Shown piece by piece: positions 1 to 8,732 of a stretch of DNA of 64,000 bases (position 1 is its first letter; every line of letters begins with the position of its first letter). The stretch covers positions 146,012,001-146,076,000 of the forward strand of contig CM059431.1 of the NCBI GenBank assembly GCA_030390025.1, in the 5' to 3' direction. The notes below the pieces were generated by a model. It was given only the letters and a program-made list of their open reading frames with translations, had not been told where the DNA came from and ran no database searches. Position numbers and translations under genes: made by a program. The DNA comes from Squalus acanthias (Eukaryota).

Positions 1-1
1 T

Positions 2-2455
2 GCCCTGGCGATCAAGCTCCCTAGCACCATGAGCGCGCAGCAAGCCGAGCTGTCTGCCGTGGTGTACGTTGTGACCCACCCAGACATTTTCCCAACCCCA
101 TACACGATTTGCTCGGACAGTATGTTCACCTGCAATTCGTGTACGGAATACCTGGCCATTTGGTCCCGCCGCGGATACACCTCCGCGGACGGGCGACCTT
201 TAACGGTGAAGCCCTTGCTGGAAAAGATCTTAGCAGCAGCAGTAGGGGAGGAAGGAGAGATTTTCATCCATAAGGTGAAAGCTCACTCCTCCACAGAGCC
301 CCGTGGGGAGGGCAACCGGCAGGCGGATGCGCTAGCCAGGGAAGGTGCCCGCGACGGCACTTTCTGGAACCCCTATAGGACCGGACCCATAGCAGCGGTC
401 CGAGGCGGGGACGGGAATCCCGGGAACACCAGGGTAGCATTGCCCCTAGACCTTAAGACCGTCCAAACCCAGGATCCCGCCCTAAAAGCAGTCCTAAAAA
501 CGATTGCTGAGGGGAGGCAGGTAGAAGGTCCGTACAGTACGGCAACCCTCTCAGTTAAGGAAGGCATGCTGTTCCGCGAGGAGCAGTGGGTTGTGCCGCA
601 GCAGCACAGGAGGGAATTCCTCCAGTTGGCTCACGAGGGACCAGGGGCAGGGCACCCCGGGCCCGAGGTTACCTGGCAACGGGTAGAGCAAGCGGGATGG
701 TGGCCAGGGCTCAGGGAACAAGTCCGCGAGTTCTGTGCAAGCTGTCTTGTGTGCGCTGCAAACAACCCAGACCCCCAGAAAAGGAAGGTGCCCATGGGAC
801 ACGTAAGAAGGGTAGAGGGACCATGGCAGTCGATACAGATCGACTATATAGGACCCCTGCCCACCACCCAGGGAGGTTATAAGTATTGCCTCGTCCTGGT
901 GGATGTGTTTTCCAAGTGGGTGGAAGCCTTCCCTTGTCGAACAGCTACGGCACTGGGTACAGCAAAAATCTTGGTCCGGGAAGTGTTCTCGCGGTGGGGA
1001 CTTCCCCGTTTTGTGGAGTCAGACCAAGGGAGTCATTTCACCGGCCAGGTGATGCAGAACACCCTCATGCTTTTGGGCATTGAAGGGAAGTGGCACGTAG
1101 CACACAATCCCCAGTCATCCGGGATTGTTGAACGTATGAACCGGACCCTGAAGGAGAAATTGAGGAAAGAGACTAGGAACTCGCCCCAAAAATGGGCGGA
1201 GGTTCTGCCTTTAGTCCTCATGGGGGTCCGGGCCAGTCAGTCAAAAAGTACGGGGTACTCCCCGCACGAGGTAATGACCGGGAGGCTCATGCAAACCCCC
1301 ACCCATGTGCTAGCACCGGTGCTCACTGAGGGTCAGCTCCAAGAGATAAGCAGGGACAAGTTCGCCCAGACTCTCTTGGAGCGCCTGAAGCAGGTTTATG
1401 AGCAGACGGCTGGGAACATGGGAAGGCAGCATCAGGGCAATCGCTTGTTGCTGGAACCCCGCAAAACGCGGGAGTGGGAAGTGGGAGACCAGGTCATGGT
1501 CAGAAACTACGCCAGAGTAGGGAGTCTGGAACCACTGTATATGGGACCCTACAACATTGTAGACAAGGCGAGTCCCATGGTTTACGCCGTAAAAGTACCT
1601 CGGCGCACTAAGTGGTTCCACATAAACCAATGCAAACTATACCAGCCAGGTGCGCAAGGGAAAACTACAGGGGTAAATCCCGCCAATGGGAAAGCACAGC
1701 CCCAGGTAGGACCACAAGGCACACAGGCAGGCATAGCAGCTTGCATCAGGGGAAGGGACATCCCGGACGATCATGCAGCGTTTTTCTGGAATTGGGGGTT
1801 AGATGAGGAAGAATTCAGGGTACCCGGGTCAGATGAGGATAGTGCAGATGAGAATAGTGATGACGACGGGTGGTTCCTGAGGAACGGTCTGGAGGGAATG
1901 GGGGCTGTAGGTAGAGATCCACACAGGGTGGACACCCAAGCTGCAGGTCTCGAAGACAGGAGGGAGGAGCTAGAGGAGGCAGGGCCAGCCGCTATGGGAG
2001 CACAGAGAGTACCGGTGTGGCTCCCAGAGATGTGGCCGCCCGCTTTGAACGTCCAGTCCTCGGGGGAGGCAGAGATCACGAGTGAAGGGCCGCCTGCTGG
2101 GCCGAGCAGGGCGGAGCCACGAACTGCAAGCCCCGAGGTTAGGGAGGCGGAGTCAGCGGAGGCGGAGCCAGCGACTGTGATGGAACGCCAGGTCATCCCG
2201 ATGGAAGTCTCGGAACCCGGTCCGTCCGTCACGGAAACCCCGCCCATAGCAACTCCCCGTAGGTCAAGTAGAGAACCCCAGCCCAGGAGGATGTGGTCAT
2301 GTCCCCAGACTGCCCCAAGGCGTAGAGTTAAGGTTAAGATAACCCAGATACAGACCGGCCACATTGCAGCAGTAACAGGCTGCGGCAGATCAGAGGGAAG
2401 GGTCAGTGCCCTCCCACCGTCGGGAAGAGCTCGCAGCAGCCTTCTCAGAATTTAA
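2..2455 (+). CDS. pol: Pol polyprotein C-terminal part (RNase H + integrase), 5'-partial
   Basis: The frame is open from nt 2. RNase H motifs: SAQQAEL, CSDS, HKVKAH, GNRQADALA. Integrase motifs: H-x6-H...CLVC zinc finger, QIDYIGP, ESDQGSHF and E exactly 35 residues after the second D (SSGIVERMNRTLK). A GPY motif and SH3-like CTD follow. Confidence 0.95.
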   Translation, partial: ALAIKLPSTMSAQQAELSAVVYVVTHPDIFPTPYTICSDSMFTCNSCTEYLAIWSRRGYTSADGRPLTVKPLLEKILAAAVGEEGEIFIHKVKAHSSTEPRGEGNRQADALAREGARDGTFWNPYRTGPIAAVRGGDGNPGNTRVALPLDLKTVQTQDPALKAVLKTIAEGRQVEGPYSTATLSVKEGMLFREEQWVVPQQHRREFLQLAHEGPGAGHPGPEVTWQRVEQAGWWPGLREQVREFCASCLVCAANNPDPQKRKVPMGHVRRVEGPWQSIQIDYIGPLPTTQGGYKYCLVLVDVFSKWVEAFPCRTATALGTAKILVREVFSRWGLPRFVESDQGSHFTGQVMQNTLMLLGIEGKWHVAHNPQSSGIVERMNRTLKEKLRKETRNSPQKWAEVLPLVLMGVRASQSKSTGYSPHEVMTGRLMQTPTHVLAPVLTEGQLQEISRDKFAQTLLERLKQVYEQTAGNMGRQHQGNRLLLEPRKTREWEVGDQVMVRNYARVGSLEPLYMGPYNIVDKASPMVYAVKVPRRTKWFHINQCKLYQPGAQGKTTGVNPANGKAQPQVGPQGTQAGIAACIRGRDIPDDHAAFFWNWGLDEEEFRVPGSDEDSADENSDDDGWFLRNGLEGMGAVGRDPHRVDTQAAGLEDRREELEEAGPAAMGAQRVPVWLPEMWPPALNVQSSGEAEITSEGPPAGPSRAEPRTASPEVREAESAEAEPATVMERQVIPMEVSEPGPSVTETPPIATPRRSSREPQPRRMWSCPQTAPRRRVKVKITQIQTGHIAAVTGCGRSEGRVSALPPSGRARSSLLRI

Positions 2456-2709
2456 AGGGGCCGCCCTGAGAACGGGCGGCACTGTATAGTAAGAATTTCT
2501 AAGTTTTAAGTTTATAGTTCAAGGTTAAGTTTATAGTTTTAATAAGGTTAAGTTTGTAGTGTTTTTAACAGAAAACGATAAAATGATGGGAGCTTTAAAG
2601 ATAGGTTTAGTTAAAAGTTTATACAGCGAACGTGGAAGTTTACGTGAGGCGAGGTCAGGGGACCCGCTCACCCTTCACAAAAGCCAGAGACTCTTGCGAG
2701 GCTGGCTAC

Positions 2710-2729
2710 CTCATTCTATCTGATCACAG
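2710..2729 (+). promoter_or_regulatory. Probable env splice acceptor
   Basis: The pyrimidine-rich ctcattctatctgatcacAG ends at 2729, 13 nt before the env ATG, as expected for a spliced env mRNA. Confidence 0.55.
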
Positions 2730-2742
2730 GAACCAAGGAAGG

Positions 2743-5094
2743 ATGGAACGAATTCTAGTATTGCTCGTGGCAATCGGATGTGGATTGGCCTGTCGAGGCT
2801 GCACCAAGGATGTCGTGGTGTTTGGATGTTCCGGGGACACGGCCCCCATCGCGGTGGATGGGACCGGAAGACGGGAGGCAGAGGAGACCAGCACCTATTT
2901 CCACAAGGGAAGGTGGCCAGGATGGCTGGGAACGAACTCAACGGAGTATTCTAGCACATCGGAGTTTGCCTACAAAGAGACTTCTTTACTGTGCCCCAAA
3001 GTAAGGATCATCGCACCCAGGATCAGCGTCACCATCGGCAAACGGATTTGTTTGACTTGTAGTGGGAAGGTCCCATTGAGCCGATGGTGGTGGCTGCGAA
3101 AGCTGAGCAAAACTATGAGGAACTCTTCGGTCGAGTGGGAACGACTGGGTAATAATACCCATCGGACAATTACGGGGACAGACGGACAAGTGAAAGTCTG
3201 TTGGGACAAATGGTGGGAACCGGATGAGGGAATTTATGTATGTATGTGGGGGTCAAAGTACGTTTGCCCCAAAGGCATCTCCATATTTTTCATTAATCAG
3301 TGGCAGGATAACGGACAGGGGATGAGGTGGGATGCGAGCACCAGGGGGTGCGGAGCCCCATTCTCCCCGATCCCAGTAAATGCCACTGAGCTCATTACGC
3401 GCCCACGCAAAGCCCCGCCCACGATTCCGGTGGTTCTAGCTGAGGAAGAAGGGTGCCCTAAAACTAGTAAGGGACCCGGGAATGGTTTGGTACTGGTCCC
3501 CACAGACCAGATACTATTTCAGGGAGTACATTACGCGGTGGCCTCGGTGATTTTAAATCTCACCGAGGTGCGGTTACCAGAGTGGTGCCCCAAAAAGACG
3601 GAACAGTTGTACCAGGTCCTGTTGACCAAGATGTTCAGACAATTTTACGAATTCGATTTCGCGGAAATTGATAAAACAAGTTTGTACACCGCACCACAGG
3701 AAGTTTTGAATCAAGCAGGGAGGCAAAGAAGGGGTTTGGTGAACGATGCGTTCACTGCTTTTAACACAGGTACATCTGTGGTCAACGCTCGAGACAGTGT
3801 GGAGCTGCAGACCCAGATTAATGGTTTAAAGACACAATTAAAAGACATTCTAACAGATGAGAATAAAGTGGTAGGGTCGGGTCTACACGAGGACCAAGCC
3901 ATGACTCTCCATTTAAAGGAAATTATAGCAGAGTTGGAGAAACATGCAAAGACGGTAAATGCCCTGATTAGGGAAGATCGGAATGCATCCGATCAAGCTG
4001 CGCAGAACGAGGTGTGCGTGCTTTACGGGGCGTGGTTACTGGGCGAGGGCCGCAGTAATTTGGAGGATTTAAAACAAGGTTTGGTTCCGTCCTGGATAAG
4101 TAACAAACACCTGCGGGCGCTCCACCCTTTTCAGAACGCATTAAGTCCGTGCCAGCTCAGGCTAGCTTCAGAAGCTTACCCAGTCCCCGTGGACTGCGGA
4201 CGTTCAAACCATACTATTATGGGAATAGTATTACGCATGCCGGTTTTGGGCGACACAGCAAAGCCCGCCCCGGTGTATCGGGTAGAGAACATTGGTGTCA
4301 TTCAGGGGGGAGCCCACATTCGTTACGCAGCGGTTCCACCTTACGTCATCCGCTGGGAGCAAACGATGACAGGTACAGATCTCTCTGGTTGTCGTGGCAG
4401 GGGAGCACACATAATACTGTGCCCCCAGCACTTGAATGCCTTTTTAACACCACAGTGCGGGTTCAGAACGACTGGCGCCAAGTCCATGAATTGCACCATG
4501 GAGGCAATGGCACAAGATCATGTGCCTCCGCAGGTAGCATACATCGGGGGTGGAACATATTGTGTTACCACTGCAGCGCAACACTACCAGCATGGAAACC
4601 GTAGCCGGTGTCCGGTGAGTGACAGCAGTTTCTGTTTTAAACCCAGGGCGGAAGTTCAAGTAGCACAACAGCGAATCATCCCAATCCCTGAACCATCCAC
4701 TGTTCATCTCACAGTAAAAGAGAATTTCACCGACTTGCAACGATTCGTCGCGCATTTCGGATACCTCATTCCCCCTCTCCCTGAACACCTCACCAAACTT
4801 TTAAAAGCCGTCGCGGTGTCACAGAAACATTTTTACACATTAGAGCAGAAAACTGTCGAAATAGGAACAGACATTTTGGATATAGTAGTTCCACCGTGGT
4901 GGAATCTGTTCACTAATATTGAAGTGCCTTCATGGATCAGAATAGCCTCCCACATTTTAGTCGTATGCCAAGTTTTCATTGTAGTGTACCTATTGGTCGT
5001 ACATTGTAAAAGAGACAAGCGCCTCACTAAGCATGAAAACACGGGAGAGTGGCGAGAACGTTACGTGCGCGTGCACGATGAAAGCACCGTGTGA
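2743..5094 (+). CDS. env: Envelope/fusion glycoprotein, 783 aa: signal peptide, Ig-like domain, furin site, heptad repeat, Cys-rich region, TM, short tail
   Basis: The ATG at 2743 begins a hydrophobic signal (MERILVLLVAIGCGLACRG). The furin site RQRR is at 3721-3732, followed by GLVNDAF and a heptad-like helix. There are ten N-X-S/T sequons and a TM segment (WIRIASHILVVCQVFIVVYLLVV). The ORF lies between pol and the LTR. Confidence 0.9.
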   Translation: MERILVLLVAIGCGLACRGCTKDVVVFGCSGDTAPIAVDGTGRREAEETSTYFHKGRWPGWLGTNSTEYSSTSEFAYKETSLLCPKVRIIAPRISVTIGKRICLTCSGKVPLSRWWWLRKLSKTMRNSSVEWERLGNNTHRTITGTDGQVKVCWDKWWEPDEGIYVCMWGSKYVCPKGISIFFINQWQDNGQGMRWDASTRGCGAPFSPIPVNATELITRPRKAPPTIPVVLAEEEGCPKTSKGPGNGLVLVPTDQILFQGVHYAVASVILNLTEVRLPEWCPKKTEQLYQVLLTKMFRQFYEFDFAEIDKTSLYTAPQEVLNQAGRQRRGLVNDAFTAFNTGTSVVNARDSVELQTQINGLKTQLKDILTDENKVVGSGLHEDQAMTLHLKEIIAELEKHAKTVNALIREDRNASDQAAQNEVCVLYGAWLLGEGRSNLEDLKQGLVPSWISNKHLRALHPFQNALSPCQLRLASEAYPVPVDCGRSNHTIMGIVLRMPVLGDTAKPAPVYRVENIGVIQGGAHIRYAAVPPYVIRWEQTMTGTDLSGCRGRGAHIILCPQHLNAFLTPQCGFRTTGAKSMNCTMEAMAQDHVPPQVAYIGGGTYCVTTAAQHYQHGNRSRCPVSDSSFCFKPRAEVQVAQQRIIPIPEPSTVHLTVKENFTDLQRFVAHFGYLIPPLPEHLTKLLKAVAVSQKHFYTLEQKTVEIGTDILDIVVPPWWNLFTNIEVPSWIRIASHILVVCQVFIVVYLLVVHCKRDKRLTKHENTGEWRERYVRVHDESTV

Positions 5095-5533
5095 TCGGAA
5101 AATGGCGTCACTCCCGCTCGCCACGTGCGCCGCGGAAGTTTGTACTCAATCATGATTTTCAGAGATTGTAAATACGTTTGGGAACTCGACATGTTTTAAG
5201 AGTTGGTGTTGATTATTTTGGTGATGGTGTTACAGTTAAAATTGATTGTTTGGTTTTGGGTTTTGTTTTTCCTTTCCCTGAATAAAAGATGAATATACAG
5301 GTGATACGAGAGGCATCGGCCTGGTTACGCCGGGAAGGAAAACAAGTGGTGTAAGTTTAAGGGCAAATAATGCCTACGGTGATATAAAATGTAATTTTCT
5401 TGGGAAATAAGGACGACACAGAGACCCTAATTAGGTTAAAGTTATGGGATTAATTTGCTGGATTCGGAGAGAAATCGAGATAATATTGCTCACCACTATG
5501 ATTTTTGATACGATAAGCGGAGTTATTCGCATC

Positions 5534-5545
5534 AACAGGAGGGAC
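5534..5545 (+). promoter_or_regulatory. Polypurine tract (plus-strand primer)
   Basis: aacaggagggac directly abuts TGTAG, the inferred LTR start. Confidence 0.65.
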
Positions 5546-7166
5546 TGTAGAATTCGCAATATATCGCGATTTTATTAATAAGGAGAAAACACAGAGTTTC
5601 GTTCAAACAGCTTTTATTTCAGCAGAATGCTGACAGGTTTAAAGTGGACACAAGCAGCCTGTAAAATGGCCGCCGCACCTCGGGACAGAACATTCTAGAC
5701 TTTTCAACAGGCAGACAAGATGGCGTTCCAATAAACATTTGTGCAAGATCGATTAAGAGTCAGCACAGTGAAGATAATACACGAGACATTATGGGTTTGC
5801 AGTATACACATAGATACTGAAATCGGTCTCCCAGGTACAAAGGAAAGCCATTGTACCGAGTAATCAAGGGCCCATCCAAAGACATTAATATGTAAAATCC
5901 CAACGACTCTACGATGAGAGAGCCGTTAGCAGGTAGTTATACAGGACACTTGGAAGCCCCAAAACCCCTCCAGGGAGAACGCCGACCGATTTAACAATGG
6001 GAGAAATATTAACAGGTACTCAGACATTTACGAGTAGCCCCGAAACCCATTAAGAACGGAGATCACCCATACAAGACATTTGAGCGCCAGACCCTAAACA
6101 AAAGAATGGACATTATAGTTGGGCGGGAAACGGAAGATTTTTGCACTATAATTGCAGGCTCCAAACCGTCCATCTTTCTCTTGCTGCTCTTATCATCGTG
6201 GCTGCTCCTGTGTACTCGTAGTTGGGCTTCTGCTTGCCTGTTGCCTCTTCTGAAAAGACTGTTGAACTTTCTGATCCGTTCGGATCTACCTCGTGTCGCG
6301 TAACGAAGACCTATATTGGTAACCGGTATCGGAACCAAAAGGCCCGAGAAGAGATGAGATGAGATGAGATGAGAAGAGAGGAAGACCATATCCATCGCCA
6401 CGGTCAGTAAATCCCGACCGCGCCTGTAGGTCGATTAGCCAAGTTTTCCTTGCCAGGAAGACTTCTTCGAACTTGCAAAGAAACATATCGTATCGATGAT
6501 ATTGACAACTGTGCTCGAAAAGTACCTGTTAAACCAACCAACACAGGTCTTCATCACAGCAGACGTTCCAGCCTGCTAGCCGGAGCAGCAGAAGCAAGTA
6601 AACAAGTGGGACCAGGAGATCTCCTGACCGACACGTGGGTGCTGCGGTGAAAAACATCCGATCAGCTATTCGGAATTTCTCCGAGTTATCACGAGTGGTG
6701 AGCATGAGTCTCGAGATCCTACGAATCTAGTTTAGGATAGATATTGATAGGGGAGGGTTTAAGGATTAAGGATATTTGTAATGTGTGTCCCTATTTACTT
6801 TGTGCCGTTCGTTCCTCGTTTCCCTAAGATCGACTATATAACTGTTTGTAAGATTGTACTGTCATTAATCTGTGCTTATGACATGTATTTCATAATCTTA
6901 AGTATCATGCAATAAAGATTTTCCATTTCGTACCATTCAAACCGAGTCTACATGAGTTTCATCTCCATTACTGCTCTCGCATCTAAGTCCAGTGTCTAGA
7001 ACCGTAAGGGAGAGTGATTCGAACCACTCACAGGTGTGTCTAGTGTTCCCAGACTGGCTGGAGACCAGAACAGGCAACAAGGCCTAGACCCGCACTGACA
7101 TACAGGCTGCACAGAGCCGCGTGAATCTCACAGGCTGCGAGACACGCAGGGTCAGAATCCCTTACA
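5546..7166 (+). repeat. 3' LTR (~1.62 kb) of the provirus
   Basis: Starts TGTA after the PPT and ends ...cccTTACA just before the host AG microsatellite (TGTA/TACA terminal inverted repeat). It contains a GC box (6121), an ETS-like cggaag (6131), TATAAT (6147) and AATAAA (6911). The 5' LTR is not available to confirm the ends. Confidence 0.7.
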
Positions 7167-7324
7167 CTAGAGACAGAGAGAGAGAGAGACCGAGAGAGAG
7201 ACAGAGATAGAGACATAGATAGACTGAGAGAGAGAGAGAGAGAGATGAAGAGAGAGTGACAGAGAGAGAGAGAGACCGAGAGAGACAGAGATAGAAACAT
7301 AGATAGAGTGAGAGAGAGAGAGAG

Positions 7325-8259
7325 TGAAAGGATTAGCAAAATTTCATGTGACCCCCCCCCCGAAGATTTTTGTTGGACTTATTAATAAGGAACCCTGGTC
7401 TGACTGAGTTTTAAAATCCAGGGCATGGCTGCGGTCAGACCTTGTGACCAAGAGCTTTTCAGACGCTGGCAAACTATCAGCTTGTGTATTCCGATGCAAT
7501 GGGGACACCCCAATCAGGTCTACGCATAAGGCTTTCAAGGCGTTTGCTCAAATAATCAGCGGGGACATTGAGACTGGGCAGGCCCATCATCGAACCTGTC
7601 GGACAAAGGGGGCAGTTGAAGAACTGGTATCATACAATTACCGGCCATCTAACATGATGGGCCAACATCTGTACCTTTTGTTAAAATTCATTATGCCCAG
7701 ATCAGACAATAGAAATGAGCTGATCTGAAGGGAGATTAGGACGACCGGGAGGGTATAACTGGGAAGATCCAGCCCCTCTCTCTCTCTCTGCCTGGATCCC
7801 GGTTCACCCAGTCTGTCTGCCAACAGCCAAGAAAGAAGACCAGAAACTTCGTAGCCACATTTCGATGGCAGAGACAGGGTACAGGGCCAGGTTTTCCATC
7901 CATTTCACCGGTGAGCATTATCTTCTTCTGGCTATCGCAAGACAATTCTAGTTAGGCATAAGGGTGGGAATTAATGGGGATATTGCTAAAATTGTAATTT
8001 TAGGATTTTCCCTCGATGTGTCCGTTCTCCTCCCATGTTAAGTGTAAAACCGTCTTCATATAATACTGTTTCTCTGTAGTTTTACTTCTGTTAAATAAAC
8101 ATTGGTTTTCCTCGCACCAATCCACGGGTCTGTTCGTTTGTCCTTGGGCTCAGAACTAATAAGGGGATAGCGATTCGCAACCGCAAAGCAGGCAGGGGAG
8201 TCCAGGAAAACATAACTGGCTGACCTACAAATAAGCCCCTGAGACAAAAACCCCTTACA
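7325..8259 (+). mobile_element. Solo LTR (935 bp) of a different LTR family, inserted in the AG microsatellite
   Basis: Unique sequence bounded by TGAAAGG...CCCCTTACA, with agag on both sides (compatible with a TSD). TATA-like gggTATAAc at 7754 is followed by a CT-rich initiator-like stretch, and AATAAA lies at 8094. Confidence 0.65.
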
Positions 8260-8375
8260 AGAGAGATGAAGAGAGAGTGAGAGAGAGAGGGAGAGGCAGA
8301 GAGAGAGACAGAGGAAGAGTTGGAGAGAGAGAGACAGAGAGAGGAAGAGGCAGAGACAGAGACAGAGGAAGAGAT

Positions 8376-8406
<31 letters not shown>

Positions 8407-8426
8407 CAGCGAGAGACAGAGACAGA

Positions 8427-8460
<34 letters not shown>

Positions 8461-8642
8461 CCGAGAGAGAGAGAGAGAGAGACAGAGAGAGAGAGAGACA
8501 GAGAGAGAGAGAGACCGAGAGAGAGAGACAGAGAGAGAGAGACCGAGAGAAAGATAGAGACAGAGGGACAGAGATAGAGAGAGAGACAGAGAGAGAGAGA
8601 GAAGGAGACAGAGAGAGAGAGAGACAGAGAGAGACAGAGAGA

Positions 8643-8686
<44 letters not shown>

Positions 8687-8688
8687 GA

Positions 8689-8732
<44 letters not shown>

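Larger units (their letters stand above)
1..7166 (+). mobile_element. Endogenous retrovirus-like provirus, 3' portion (pol-env-3'LTR), lokiretrovirus-like
   Basis: Order is RNase H > integrase > env > purine tract > TG...CA LTR. Both ORFs are uninterrupted. The 5' part (5' LTR, gag, PR, RT) lies outside the window. The family assignment is an inference. Confidence 0.9.

Noticed and set aside
1771..2364. 197-aa antisense ORF opposite the integrase tail (HBZ-like accessory gene?)
   Set aside because: No recognisable motif. It is explained by the GC-rich, low-complexity codons of the sense frame.
2632..2742. N-terminal 37 codons of the 820-aa ORF
   Set aside because: Starts at GTG. The ATG at 2743 follows a splice acceptor and begins a signal peptide, so it is the better start.
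4149..4604. 151-aa alternative-frame ORF within env
   Set aside because: Starts at a non-ATG codon and has no domain features. It cannot be supported without conservation data.
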